64,000 bases of DNA from an uncultured Spirochaetota bacterium (GTDB lineage Bacteria > Spirochaetota > Spirochaetia > SZUA-6 > Fen-1364): NCBI GenBank assembly GCA_963820525.1, contig CAWGAA010000001.1, positions 1,056,001-1,120,000 of the forward strand. The letters run 5' to 3'. Both the position numbers and the translations under genes were made by a program. How positions within the stretch are numbered: the stretch's first letter is position 1; each line of letters opens with the position of its first letter. The notes under the pieces were generated by a model, which ran no database searches, was not told where the DNA came from, and worked only from the letters and a program-made list of their open reading frames with translations. Below are positions 29,189 through 39,257 of this stretch, one piece after another.

Positions 29189-30181
29189 ATGGCCGGCAAA
29201 GCCCTTCACTTCCAAACGCGTCCTGACGGACGGGTGGCCTGCACCCTCTGTCCGAACGCCTGCATCATCGCCGAGGGAAAGCACGGAGTCTGCAGGGTCA
29301 GGTTCAACCGGGGCGGCAGCCTGGAGATTCCCTTTTATGGAAAGATCTCCTCCATCTCGGTGGACCCGATCGAAAAGAAGCCGCTCTACCACTTCCACCC
29401 CGGTGCCGGCATCCTCTCCGTAGGGTTCGTCGGCTGCTCGTTTCACTGCAAGTTCTGCCAGAATCACCGCATCTCCCAGACAACGGACGTGGAGACTCGA
29501 TCCATCTCCCCCCAGGAGCTGGTGCAGATAGCCAGGCGGGAAGGCTCTTTCGGCATCGCCTACACGTACTCGGAGCCGCTCATCCACTTCGAGTACATCA
29601 TGGACTGCTCGCGCCTGGCCAGGGAGAGCGGGATCAAGAACGTCCTCGTCTCAAACGGATACCTGCAAGAGGAGCCTGCCAGGGAGCTGATCCCCCTCAT
29701 CGATGCGGCAAACATCGACCTCAAGGCCAACGATCCCGCGTTCTACACCTCCGAGGTGGGAGGCGAGCTGGACGAGGTGAAGAGGTTCATCTCGCAGGCC
29801 GCAGGCCGCACGTGGCTGGAGGTCACCACCCTCGTGATTCCCACCAAGAACGACGATCCGGCGCAGATCGAGGAGATTGCCCGCTTCCTGGCATCCCTGG
29901 ACAAGGACATCCCCCTGCACCTCTCCTGCTACTACCCCACGTACAAGTACACGCTGCCGCCGACGCCTCCTGAAACGGTCCGCGCGCTGGCCGAGGTTGC
30001 CAGGCGCCACCTCTCCTTTGTGTACATCGGAAACGTCGGCTACGAGGAGACCAACACCTCCTGCCCCAAGTGCCAAAGCCTCCTGGTGCGCAGGCGCGGG
30101 TACGACGTCACGGTAGAAGGTATTTCAGACGGAGCCTGCTCGAGCTGCGGAGAGCCGGTGAGGATAGTCGGCCTCGCCTGA
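29189..30181 (+). CDS. amrS: AmmeMemoRadiSam-type radical SAM enzyme
   Basis: CTLCPNAC, DPIEKKPLYHF, CSFHCKFCQN (CxxxCxxC), YTYSEP. Confidence 0.9.
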   Translation: MAGKALHFQTRPDGRVACTLCPNACIIAEGKHGVCRVRFNRGGSLEIPFYGKISSISVDPIEKKPLYHFHPGAGILSVGFVGCSFHCKFCQNHRISQTTDVETRSISPQELVQIARREGSFGIAYTYSEPLIHFEYIMDCSRLARESGIKNVLVSNGYLQEEPARELIPLIDAANIDLKANDPAFYTSEVGGELDEVKRFISQAAGRTWLEVTTLVIPTKNDDPAQIEEIARFLASLDKDIPLHLSCYYPTYKYTLPPTPPETVRALAEVARRHLSFVYIGNVGYEETNTSCPKCQSLLVRRRGYDVTVEGISDGACSSCGEPVRIVGLA

Positions 30182-30262
30182 CATTATTGACTATACTCGT
30201 ACTTGAAAGGCTTGACGTCCCGGCTTGCCCCGGACATCTCTGTTTTCAGAGGAGGGACTCGT

Positions 30263-30443
30263 TTGACAGTCATCACGGATGAGCAAATCCGATGGGACGA
30301 ACGTGACCGGTATCGGTATCTTCAACGCCTCCCCCGATGCCACGAAGGAGATCATGGACGGGGACCCCGGAGTGCAGGCGGGGATCTTCACCTACGAGAT
30401 TCACCCCTGCCGAGGCTTCCCCGGGAGCAGCCTTCCCAAGTGA
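30263..30443 (+). pseudogene. Internally deleted small YCII-like gene
   Basis: RBS plus TTG gives MTVITDEQIR, joined out of frame to the C-terminus GIGIFNAS..IMDGDPGVQAGIFTYEIHPCRGFPG*. Confidence 0.55.
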
Positions 30444-30497
30444 GCGCGGGCGCCCCGCAGCAGGGCGTCTATTAGCCGGCGCCCAGCCGCCGGCCCC

Positions 30498-30606
30498 AAG
30501 AGAAAAATCCGGGCGTGCCCCGCCCGCGGGGGGGCCCGTTTCAAGCTCCAAGCCCCATTACAAACCGCCCGCGGGCGGGTCGCGTGCTCCGCTTCAAGTC
30601 CTCGGC
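30498..30606. repeat. REP/MITE-like GC-rich repeat, copy 1
   Basis: aagagaaaaatccgggcgtgccccg...ccgccc..gcgggtc aligns with 34318-34419. Confidence 0.75.
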
Positions 30607-30807
30607 GCAGATCACAAACGCAAACAGAGGCACCCTGCCCCAGCCGGCTGATAGCCAGCCTTATTCGGGCGCCTGCGGGCTTTCCGCTTCGCCCGCTCAC
30701 GCTGAGGAGCCCTCCTTTCGGCGGGCTTGTCTCGAGGCGTTGCGGGCGGGCCTTCGGGGACGAGCTTGGAATTTGCCTTTTCAACAGTTTATTACTAAAC
30801 TATTCCT

Positions 30808-31254
30808 ATGAAAAGCGCTGGACGCGAATTACGGGACACGGCACGGCGTCCTGCCATCATGGCCTGGCTGCGCATGGCGCGGATTTATCAGAAGGTCAAC
30901 GCGGCCTCGGCCGCTCACTTCCGTTCCGCGGACCTGAGCGTCGGACAATTCGACGTCCTGGCTCATCTAGGGACCCATGAGGGAATTACCCAACAGGAAC
31001 TGGCGAAATCCCTGCTTGTGACAAAGGGAAATGTTTCCCAGCTTCTGGAACGGATGGAGAGTCGAAACCTTGTCACCCGGTGCCAGGAAGGCAGGACCAA
31101 GTGTCTGCGGCTTTCACCCACGGGACAGCGGCTCTACCGTTCCACGGTGCCGGCGCAAGAGTCATTGATTGACAGGCTGTTTTCTTCCCTGTCCCGGAGA
31201 GACCAGGAGACGCTGCATGTGCTCCTCCGGAGACTTGACAGGGGGATACGATAG
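30808..31254 (+). CDS. MarR family regulator
   Basis: LSVGQFDVLAHL..GITQQELAKSLLVTKGNVSQLLERME winged HTH. Confidence 0.9.
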   Translation: MKSAGRELRDTARRPAIMAWLRMARIYQKVNAASAAHFRSADLSVGQFDVLAHLGTHEGITQQELAKSLLVTKGNVSQLLERMESRNLVTRCQEGRTKCLRLSPTGQRLYRSTVPAQESLIDRLFSSLSRRDQETLHVLLRRLDRGIR

Positions 31255-31298
31255 GCCCGCCTCAGGCGAGACTGCCTAAACACTGAAGGAGACGTGAG

Positions 31299-31958
31299 AT
31301 GATTCAGCAAAGATCCGCGAAGGATCTTGATTTCAAATATCGTTTCATCCCGGCGGATGCCGAAGGGCTGCCGACCCTGCTCCTCCTCCACGGGACGGGG
31401 GGAAACGAGAATGATCTGATAGATTTGGGGAGATTTCTTGCGCCAGGAGCGGCACTGCTCAGTCCGCGCGGCAAGGTGCTGGAAAACGGCATGCCGAGGT
31501 TCTTTCGCAGGTTCGAGCAAGGAGTCTTCGATCTGGAAGACCTGCGTCACAGAACCGAGGAGTTGGCGGGGTTCGTGGCTGCGGCCGCACAAGCATTCGG
31601 TCTCGATCCGTCGAAGGTGGCGGCGGTGGGATACTCCAACGGCGCCAACATCGCCGCCAGTCTTCTCCTGCTCAGGCCCCGCGTGTTGGCCGCGGCGATT
31701 CTTTTTCACGCCATGGTCCCGCTGGTGCCGGAGCCTCTCCCCGATCTCCGAGTGAAACCTGTGTTCCTGACCGCCGGCAGGCAGGATAGCATGATTCCCC
31801 CGTCGGAGACCGAGAGGCTGGCGAGCCTTTTGGAATCAGCGGGGGCTTCCCTCACCGTGGCCTGGCAGCCGGGAGGACACTCTCTCTCCCGTGGGGAGAT
31901 GGAGGCTGCGCGGGAGTGGCTTCGGAAGCTTGAAATAAAAGCGGGAAAAGTAAGTTGA
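31299..31958 (+). CDS. Phospholipase/carboxylesterase (MhqD-like)
   Basis: LLLHGTGGNE, GYSNGANIA, GGH. Confidence 0.88.
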   Translation: MIQQRSAKDLDFKYRFIPADAEGLPTLLLLHGTGGNENDLIDLGRFLAPGAALLSPRGKVLENGMPRFFRRFEQGVFDLEDLRHRTEELAGFVAAAAQAFGLDPSKVAAVGYSNGANIAASLLLLRPRVLAAAILFHAMVPLVPEPLPDLRVKPVFLTAGRQDSMIPPSETERLASLLESAGASLTVAWQPGGHSLSRGEMEAAREWLRKLEIKAGKVS

Positions 31959-31997
31959 GATTCACATGGGATGGGATTCCCATTTTGGAGGTTTTCA

Positions 31998-32993
31998 ATG
32001 GAACTTGAGGGTTTGCATCATCTGACGGCCGTAACCGGAAATCCGTCGATCAACGTCGGTTTCTACACCGAGGTGCTGGGCCTGCGCATGGTGAAAAAGA
32101 CCGTGAACCAGGACGATGTCGGCGCCTATCACCTTTTTTATGGAGACGATGCCGGTCATCCCGGCACCGAAGTGACATTTTTCGACTGGCCTCACGCCGG
32201 ACTGACCGTGCGGGGCGCGGGCACCATCACACTGACCGCCCTGAGGGTCCCCGGCCTCGCCGCCGTGGAGAACTGGGCGCAGCGTCTGACACGGTTCGGA
32301 GTCCCGCATGAGGGAATTTCCGATTACAGCGGCAGGGCTTCGATCGCCTTTCGCGATCCCGAGGGGCAGCGCCTGGAGCTGGTGGATGACGGCGGCAAAC
32401 CAGGCGGAGTCCCATGTGGGAAAAGCCCGGTGCCTGAGGAGATGTACATCCGAGGGCTTCATGCCGTACACATCCCCGTGAGGCGGCCCGATCCTACAGC
32501 GCGGCTCCTCACCGAGGTCCTGGGCTTCAGGCTGGCCGCTGAATACCATCGGCCGGATGGATCCGTCGTGCTCGTCTTTGATGTGGGATCGGGGGGGCCG
32601 GGGGCCGAGATCCACCTGGAGGAACAGCGGAATCTTCTCCCGGGCCGCGTCGGCATCGGCGGCGTGCATCACGTGGCATTCAGGACTCCGGACGATGAGC
32701 AACATCGTGCATGGCAGCATCGGCTGGCGGAGGCGGGAGTCGGAGTCACGCCGATCATCGACCGGTTCTACTTCCACTCCATCTATTTCCGTGAGCCCGG
32801 CGGCGTGCTCTTCGAGATCGCCACGGACGGGCCGGGATTCGCCACTGATGAAGAGTCGACCCATCTCGGCGAGAGGCTTGCCCTTCCGCCGTTCCTGGAA
32901 CCCCGCCGCGCACAGATCGAGGCGGGCCTGAGACCCATCAATCCCGTACAGATGGCGGCGGCGAACGGGCAGCTTTCGGACAGATCAACTTAA
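31998..32993 (+). CDS. Ring-cleaving dioxygenase, VOC family (MhqO/E-like)
   Basis: GLHHLTA, KKTVNQDD, VHHVAFR, DRFYFHSIYFREPGGVLFEIATDGPGF. Confidence 0.9.
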   Translation: MELEGLHHLTAVTGNPSINVGFYTEVLGLRMVKKTVNQDDVGAYHLFYGDDAGHPGTEVTFFDWPHAGLTVRGAGTITLTALRVPGLAAVENWAQRLTRFGVPHEGISDYSGRASIAFRDPEGQRLELVDDGGKPGGVPCGKSPVPEEMYIRGLHAVHIPVRRPDPTARLLTEVLGFRLAAEYHRPDGSVVLVFDVGSGGPGAEIHLEEQRNLLPGRVGIGGVHHVAFRTPDDEQHRAWQHRLAEAGVGVTPIIDRFYFHSIYFREPGGVLFEIATDGPGFATDEESTHLGERLALPPFLEPRRAQIEAGLRPINPVQMAAANGQLSDRST

Positions 32994-33003
32994 GGAGGTT
33001 TTT

Positions 33004-33627
33004 ATGGAGTTCAATTCTCTTCCCACAAAGGAGCGGATCAAAAAAGTGCTGGAAGCGGTCAATTCGCGCGGCATCAAGGCTCAATTGGTGGAGACGAAGG
33101 AAGAAGCGCTGGAAAAAGTGAGAAGCATGATTCCTGGCGGAGCCGACGTCATGACGGGCGCCTCGATCACGCTCCAGCAGATCGGCTTCGAGGATCTTCT
33201 CGTCTCGGGCAAGCATCCCTGGCATAATTTGAAGGACGGTATTCTAGCCGAAAAAGACATGGCGAAGCAGGCGACGCTTCGAAAGCAGGGCACGATGTCG
33301 GAGTACTTCTTGGGCAGCGTGCACGCAATCGCTGAAACGGGAGAGATTGTCTTCGCCAGCGCCACGGGAAGCCAGCTTCCGGCCTACGCTTTTTCCAGCA
33401 GCAATGTGATCTGGGTGGCCGGAGCCCAAAAAATCACGTCATCCCTGGAAATGGCGATCAAGAGGATACGTGAATATATCGTGCCCCTCGAGGATCAGCA
33501 CATGAAACAGCTTTACGGACCGCAAGCCGCCACCATGATCGGAAAAATGCTGGTATTCGAGCGCGAATCACCCATGCTTCATCGCAACGTGAACCTCATT
33601 ATGGTCAATGAGGTATTGGGTTTTTAA
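33004..33627 (+). CDS. LUD domain protein
   Basis: GASITL, LGSVHAIAETG, VAGAQKI; AAGGAGG RBS. Confidence 0.8.
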   Translation: MEFNSLPTKERIKKVLEAVNSRGIKAQLVETKEEALEKVRSMIPGGADVMTGASITLQQIGFEDLLVSGKHPWHNLKDGILAEKDMAKQATLRKQGTMSEYFLGSVHAIAETGEIVFASATGSQLPAYAFSSSNVIWVAGAQKITSSLEMAIKRIREYIVPLEDQHMKQLYGPQAATMIGKMLVFERESPMLHRNVNLIMVNEVLGF

Positions 33628-33645
33628 AGGGAGAGGAATCAGAAC

Positions 33646-34287
33646 ATGAAAATCGCTCTAGTCGGGGCATCGGGATTCGTCGGAGGATTCATATTGAAAG
33701 AGGCCCTCAGCCGCGGTCACGCGGTAACGGCAATATGCCGTCATCCGGAAAAATTGACCGGGCAGCCGAACCTCACCATTATAATGGGCGATGTTCTGGA
33801 TGAGGGCGGATTCGCCAAAAGCATTTCAGGGCATGACATTGTCATCAGCGCTTTCAATCCCGGATGGAGCAATCCGGAGATTTACAGCGACTACGTGAAG
33901 GGAATGCACGCGATCATCAAAGGGGTCAAGAAGTCCCGCGTAAAACGGCTCCTGGTAGTGGGCGGCGCAGGGAGCCTCGAAATCAAGCCGGGTCTTCAGC
34001 TGGTTGATACCCCTGAGTTTCCCGCCCAATTCAAAGATGGCGCTCTGGGTGCCAGGGAAGCGCTGAACATTCTCAAAAAAGAAACGGAGCTGGATTGGAC
34101 TTTGGTATCCCCATCGATCACGCTGCAGCCGGGGGAACGTACCGGCAAATTCAGATTGGGGACCGATCAATTGCTGTTTGACGGCAAAGGGGAAAGCAAG
34201 ATTTCAACACAGGACCTGGCAATGGCGATCCTGAATGAAGCCGAAAAGCCCCAATTCATCAGGAAGCGGTTTACAGTCGGCTATTGA
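33646..34287 (+). CDS. NAD(P)H-binding oxidoreductase (YwnB-like)
   Basis: GASGFVG, VGGAGSL, RKRFTVGY. Confidence 0.88.
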   Translation: MKIALVGASGFVGGFILKEALSRGHAVTAICRHPEKLTGQPNLTIIMGDVLDEGGFAKSISGHDIVISAFNPGWSNPEIYSDYVKGMHAIIKGVKKSRVKRLLVVGGAGSLEIKPGLQLVDTPEFPAQFKDGALGAREALNILKKETELDWTLVSPSITLQPGERTGKFRLGTDQLLFDGKGESKISTQDLAMAILNEAEKPQFIRKRFTVGY

Positions 34288-34317
34288 AATTGCTGCCTCC
34301 GCACGGACCCGATCCCG

Positions 34318-34419
34318 AAGAGAAAAATCCGGGTGTGCCCCGTACGCGGGGCGCCCGGTTTCGATCAAAGCACCACTCATGTCCGCCCTCGTGCGGGTCC
34401 CTCCAGCTTGAACCCTGGC
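34318..34419. repeat. REP/MITE-like GC-rich repeat, copy 2
   Basis: Direct degenerate copy of 30498-30606. Confidence 0.75.
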
Positions 34420-34424
34420 AGCGG

Positions 34425-35266
34425 ATGAAACATAATCGGCCGCATAGAAGACGTTGACCGGCCCATCATCTCGGGAAGCGACTCGCCCATACCTGCCGGA
34501 TACTTCCGGATAATCCTTGTCCGGCAGGGCGCCGTGAGACTTGCGCAGGGAGGGGAGCGGAGGATCGTTCTGCCCCGAAGCGCCATCTTCATTCCTGCCG
34601 GCGTGTCGCGATGCATCGAGGCCGGAGGCGGCGCGGAGCTCGCGCAGGTGGCCTTCTGCAAAAGCGTCCTGGACCCGGAGATGCTGGGAGAGGCCGCGGA
34701 CGAGCTTTTTGCCATGCTTGGCTTGGGGCGGAACCCGGCGGCCCCTGAACCTTTAATCCGCGTCGCCCGCCTCCCACCTACCGCCTTCGACGAGGCGTGC
34801 GCTCTGCTGAAGCGTATCGAGGCAGAGCGCGGACAGAAACGGCCGGGAAGAGAGATCATGCAGAGGCTCGCCCTGGTGGAGCTCCTCGTTGTCGTTTATC
34901 GCTGCTTCCAATCAGGGCAGGAGGCACAAAACACCGGTCCCGCACGCTTCAGGATCGCGGAGGCGGTTGGCTACATCAGGGACCGCTACGCGGAGGAGCT
35001 TTCTCTACCTGAGCTCGCTTCCCGCTTCGGGCTCAACCCCAGCTACTTCTCGCGCCTCTTCACCAGACATACCGGCCTGCACGTCTTCGAGTATCTGAAC
35101 AGGATCCGCATCCAGAAAAGCTGCCTGCTGCTGAAGCGCTCTTCCATGAGCATTTTACAGATCGCGTTCTCCGTGGGCTATAACAACCTCTCCCATTTCA
35201 ACAGGTACTTTCCGGCGGATCATGGGAATGAGCCCGCGCGAGTACAGAAATCGAAGCGTAAAGTAA
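34425..35266 (+). CDS. AraC family regulator with two apparent +1 homopolymer frameshifts (about 34428 and 35210)
   Basis: LSLPELASRFGLNPSYFSRLF and IAFSVGYNNLSHFNRYF HTHs; removing one T restores RRIMGMSPREYR; removing one A restores an ATG start at 34425. Confidence 0.8.
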
Positions 35267-35343
35267 AAAAAGTATCAGTTTAATCCCGAATGGTGCCGGA
35301 ATCCGCATCCCGAAAAGCCCATACTTTCAATCAAGGAGGCGCC

Positions 35344-35577
35344 ATGGAAAAGCTTGAACAATTCCTGGAGGAATCCCCGATCGCAATACGGGTTACGCTC
35401 CCGACCAAAATCATCGTGCATGAGCTGAAGCTCAGTTACGCGGCCTTCGCGCCTTCCAACGGAAAAGTGTGCGAGCTGGAGGTGGGCGGCCGGCGCATCG
35501 CCAGGGGCAGAATCGTGCGCAGACGGGGTGAGTACTTTTTCAAGGTAGGAGAGATGGCGAAAGGAGGCGCGCAATGA
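35344..35577 (+). CDS. Divergent SpoA (FliM/FliN C-terminal)-like small protein
   Basis: [25 protein letters not shown]...FFKVGEM resembles the SpoA C-terminal strands. Confidence 0.65.
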   Translation: MEKLEQFLEESPIAIRVTLPTKIIVHELKLSYAAFAPSNGKVCELEVGGRRIARGRIVRRRGEYFFKVGEMAKGGAQ

Positions 35578-35825
35578 AGCTGGGTCACCTGAAAGAAATC
35601 GGGGTTGAATTGAGAGTCGAGCTGGGCAGGGCGACGCGCAGCCTCGCCGACGTGGCGGGGATCAGCGAAGGAACAATCATTGAGCTGCACAAGCTTGCAG
35701 GCGAGCCGGTGGATCTCCTTGTCGCGGGTGAGCTCATCGCAAAAGGTGAAGTGGTGGTGATAGACGAGAGCTTCGGGATCCGCGTCACCGAGATGGTGGA
35801 AAAGGAGAAGGAGGCCGGAGAATGA
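35574..35825 (+). CDS. fliN: Minimal FliN-like protein
   Basis: [48 protein letters not shown]. Confidence 0.88.
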   Translation: MKLGHLKEIGVELRVELGRATRSLADVAGISEGTIIELHKLAGEPVDLLVAGELIAKGEVVVIDESFGIRVTEMVEKEKEAGE

Positions 35826-37642
35826 CCGACGCCCTGCACCAGATCAAGATCTACGATTTCAAAAGGCCGGACAAGTTTTCCAAAGACCAGATACGCACCG
35901 TCTCCATCATGCACGAGACCTTTGCGCGCCTGACAACCACCGCCCTATCGGGGCAACTGAGAAGCCTTTCATCCGTTCATGTGGCTTCGGTGGACCAGCT
36001 CACCTATGAGGAGTTCATCCGCTCCATTCCCAACCCGGCCACGATCGCTATTCTCTCCCTGTATCCGCTGAAGGGCTCAGCGCTGCTGGAGATCGACCCG
36101 GCAATCACCTTCTCCATCATCGACAGGCTGTTCGGCGGACAGGGGGACGGATGGAAGCTTTCGCGGGAGATCACCGGCATCGAAAGCTCTGTGATCGAGG
36201 GCAGCGTCGTCCAGATGCTCGGCGCCCTCCCCGAGTCCTGGAAAAACGTGATCGACCTGAAACCCGGGCTGACGCGCATAGAGACCAATCCCCAGTTCGC
36301 TCAGGTCGTGCCGCCGCATGAGATGATCGTGCTCGTGTCCCTTTCCGTGGAAATGGGAGAGGCGCGGGGAATGATGAACCTCGCCCTTCCCTACCTCACC
36401 ATCGAGCCGATCATCCATAAGCTTTCAGCGCAATACATGTACTCAGTGTTCAGGAGGAAGGGCAGTCCCCAGATGGCCAGGGCTTCCTTCAAGCTGGATC
36501 TTCCCGTCGAAGTTTATCTTGAAGGGGCAAGGCTTTCTCTGCGCGATCTGGGTGGGTTGAAGAGAGGCAGCCTCGTGAAGATTTCCGGTTACCGGCAGGG
36601 CAAGGCGTTCCTCCGCATGGGCGGGCGCACCCTCTTCGGCCTGAAGGCCCGGCCCGGCGGGAGGGGAAAGCCTGCAACCTACGAGGTCGTGAGCGGGGTT
36701 TCAAAAGAAAGCATACCCTTCCTCGAGCCCATAGAGAAAATAGGCGAACCCTCGGAGCTGGAAACCATAGAGGCGGGGATGCGCGAGGCTTTGCTGGAGC
36801 TGGGCTCCAAGATAAGCGAGTCCCTTGCCGGCATGAAAAACTCCATCGGGGCGCTGCAGAAGAAGCAGGACGAGATGGCAGACCAGCTGGCTTTCGGAGC
36901 GCAGGAACAGGAAGCCCCCGATATGAAGAGAGGCGCGGAGCATGCAAGACCGTTCGACTTCCTTGGCCGGGCGGACCCTGAGCACTTCCTGAGCGTCATC
37001 CAGCACGAGCACCCGCAACTGATAGCGCTGATCCTCTCCTATCTCGAGCCGCAGAGGGCTTCCGCCATCCTCGGAAGTCTCCCTGCGGAGCTTCAGCCCG
37101 ACGTGGCAAAGAGGATTGCCGGCATGGGCCGTACCCATCCCGAGGTCCTCCGCGAGGTGGAGCGGGCATTGGAGAAGCAGCTCTCCGTGCTTTCCTCGGA
37201 GGACTACGCCGAGGCGGGCGGCGTGGAGGGCCTGGTCGAGATCCTCAACATGGCGAATCGCTCCACGGAGAGATTCGTGGTCGACTCGCTGGAGAAGAAG
37301 GACGCGAAGCTGGCCGAAGAGATCAAGCGGAGGATGTTCGTCTTCGAGGACATCGTGCTTCTGGAAAAAAAGGACGTGGAGAAAGTGGTGAAGAAGGCGG
37401 AGACGGACGTCCTGCTCCGCGCCATGAAAGCCGCTCCCGATGAAGTAAAGACCTTCATCTGGGGATGTCTGCCGCCTGAGGACGTGGAGAGGCTCACGCT
37501 GCGATTGAAAGAGCTGGGTCCGGTCCGGCTGCACGAGGTGGAGCGTGCCCAGCAGAGGGTTGTCGGCGTGATTCGGGAGATGGAAGAGGCTGGAGAGATC
37601 GTCGTGGCCCGAGCGGGTGAGCAGACGAAGATCGTGGAATAG
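35822..37642 (+). CDS. FliM(middle+SpoA)-FliG(middle+C) fusion protein
   Basis: [23 protein letters not shown] and IETNPQFAQ (FliM), then EHPQ, GG, MFVFED and GPVR (FliG) in one uninterrupted 606-aa ORF. Confidence 0.88.
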   Translation: MTDALHQIKIYDFKRPDKFSKDQIRTVSIMHETFARLTTTALSGQLRSLSSVHVASVDQLTYEEFIRSIPNPATIAILSLYPLKGSALLEIDPAITFSIIDRLFGGQGDGWKLSREITGIESSVIEGSVVQMLGALPESWKNVIDLKPGLTRIETNPQFAQVVPPHEMIVLVSLSVEMGEARGMMNLALPYLTIEPIIHKLSAQYMYSVFRRKGSPQMARASFKLDLPVEVYLEGARLSLRDLGGLKRGSLVKISGYRQGKAFLRMGGRTLFGLKARPGGRGKPATYEVVSGVSKESIPFLEPIEKIGEPSELETIEAGMREALLELGSKISESLAGMKNSIGALQKKQDEMADQLAFGAQEQEAPDMKRGAEHARPFDFLGRADPEHFLSVIQHEHPQLIALILSYLEPQRASAILGSLPAELQPDVAKRIAGMGRTHPEVLREVERALEKQLSVLSSEDYAEAGGVEGLVEILNMANRSTERFVVDSLEKKDAKLAEEIKRRMFVFEDIVLLEKKDVEKVVKKAETDVLLRAMKAAPDEVKTFIWGCLPPEDVERLTLRLKELGPVRLHEVERAQQRVVGVIREMEEAGEIVVARAGEQTKIVE

Positions 37643-37653
37643 AGACGCAGGGA

Positions 37654-37845
37654 ATGGACCATCCCCTATTGACTGGGGTGGTGCCCGTGGCGCACGGCGA
37701 GCACACGCATGCCATGATCGCCGGATCGAAGCTCGTCACCTATCCCACGGGGGGACACCTCATGGCCGGCCGGCTAGAAGGCTTTCTCTCCACTGCGAGG
37801 CAAGCCGCAGGGCTGCGCCCCCGGCTCATCCGCCGGAGTAGCTGA
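37654..37845 (+). pseudogene. C-terminal fragment of an alpha/beta hydrolase
   Basis: VVPVAHGEHTHAMIAGSKLVTYPTGGH resembles the catalytic-His region only. Confidence 0.4.
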
Positions 37846-38965
37846 TCCGATAGATGGCTCCGGCCGCATCATCTGAAACCAGCAGGGCGCCGTCCGGCAT
37901 GACCTGTACGTCAACCGGCCTGCCCCATGCGGTTCGGTTGACAAGCCAGCCCTCGGCAAAGGGCTGGTAGGAAATCGCCTTTCCGCCACTCAACTTCACC
38001 AGGCTGACACGATATCCAATGGGCGTGGTCCTGTTCCATGAGCCGTGCTCGGCGATGAAGATCTGGTTCCTGTACTCCGCGGGGAACATCCCGCCGGTAT
38101 AGAATCTCATCCCGAGCGCGGCCACGTGGGGCCCCAAGAGGATAGCGGGCGGAGTGAAAAGGGATAAATCCTTGTTCTGGCCCAGCTCGGGGTCATGGAT
38201 ATAGCCGGCATGGACATAGGGATAGCCGAAATGGAGCCCCGGCTGCGGGGCCTTGTTCAGCTCGTCAGGAGGCTGGTTGTCCCCCAGCCAGTCCCTGCCG
38301 TTGTCCGTAAACCACAACTCCCCGGTGGCTGGATCCCAGTCGAATCCGACGGTGTTTCGTATTCCCCGCGCAAAGATCTCCATGTCCGAGCCGTCGGGCT
38401 TCATCCGCGTGATGGAGGCGTATGGGTCGGGGCGCTCGCAGATGTTGCACGGCGCGCCGATTGGCACGTAGAGAAGCCCGTCGGGCCCGAAGCGGATGAA
38501 CTTCCAGCCGTGCGTTTCGTTGGTGGGCAGACGGTCCGTAACCACCACGGGCGCGGGAGGAGATCCGAGTGAGCTTTCTATCCTGTCGTAGCGGAGGATG
38601 CGGCTAACCTCTGCCACGTACAGAGACCCGTCCCGGAATGCGACTCCATTGGGCATGTGGAGGCCGCTGGCGATGGTGAGCACCTTTCGGGGTCCCGATG
38701 CCGGGCGCACGGCATTCGGGATGGCATAGACCTTCCCTATGTCACGGGTGCCGATAAAAAGGGTCCCGCTCTCGCCAAGAGCCAGGGAGCGCGCGCCGGG
38801 AACATTCGGCGCGAATACCTCGATCTTGAAGCCAGGCGGGAGGCGGATTTGGTCCAGGCGAGGATCTCCCGGGCGGAAGGCCGCCCCGCAGCCAAAGAGG
38901 AAAAGAGACAACAAGAGCATCGAAAAGATTCGCGGTTCTGCTCGCTCGAAGGACTTTCTCTTCAT
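37826..38965 (-). CDS. Glucose/sorbosone dehydrogenase family (PQQ-type propeller), probable lipoprotein
   Basis: LPPGFKIEVFA, GAPCNIC, GIRNTVG, HGSWNR, GRPVDV; LFGC lipobox-like. Confidence 0.88.
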   Translation of the reverse strand: MKRKSFERAEPRIFSMLLLSLFLFGCGAAFRPGDPRLDQIRLPPGFKIEVFAPNVPGARSLALGESGTLFIGTRDIGKVYAIPNAVRPASGPRKVLTIASGLHMPNGVAFRDGSLYVAEVSRILRYDRIESSLGSPPAPVVVTDRLPTNETHGWKFIRFGPDGLLYVPIGAPCNICERPDPYASITRMKPDGSDMEIFARGIRNTVGFDWDPATGELWFTDNGRDWLGDNQPPDELNKAPQPGLHFGYPYVHAGYIHDPELGQNKDLSLFTPPAILLGPHVAALGMRFYTGGMFPAEYRNQIFIAEHGSWNRTTPIGYRVSLVKLSGGKAISYQPFAEGWLVNRTAWGRPVDVQVMPDGALLVSDDAAGAIYRISYSGG

Positions 38966-39124
38966 AAAGGAAATATACGTGTTGATCTGTGGGAGAGGAT
39001 ACAGAGGTGGGGCTCGCCGCCGCCGGCGCTGCAAAATGCGAGCACTCTCGACCCCGCGCGCGCATCCTGGCGCGCTGGACCCCTTGACATATTCGGCCCT
39101 TTTATGGTCTGGTAAATTCGACTT

Positions 39125-39197
39125 TCCCCTGTAGCTCAGCTGGTAGAGCGGGTGGCTGTTAACCACTAGGTCGGCGGTTCGAGTCCGTCCGGGGGAG
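39125..39197 (+). tRNA. tRNA-Asn(GTT)
   Basis: TCCCCTG/CGGGGGA acceptor stem, GCTC/GAGC D arm, GTGG-CTGTTAA-CCAC anticodon arm, GGTTCGAGTCC T loop. Confidence 0.96.
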
Positions 39198-39210
39198 CTG
39201 AGACCGAGTC

Positions 39211-39257
39211 GAACAGGCCCTTTTATGGTTAACACTATAGGAGGGCCTGTTTCGTTT
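39211..39257 (+). terminator. Hairpin after the tRNA; also the downstream arm of the att-like repeat family (copy 1)
   Basis: gaacaggcccttttatgg-ttaaca-ctataggagggcctgtttc. Confidence 0.7.

Noticed and set aside
39084..39118. tRNA promoter
   Set aside because: TTGACA is present, but candidate -10 boxes are at 13 or 23 nt spacing, so it was not called.
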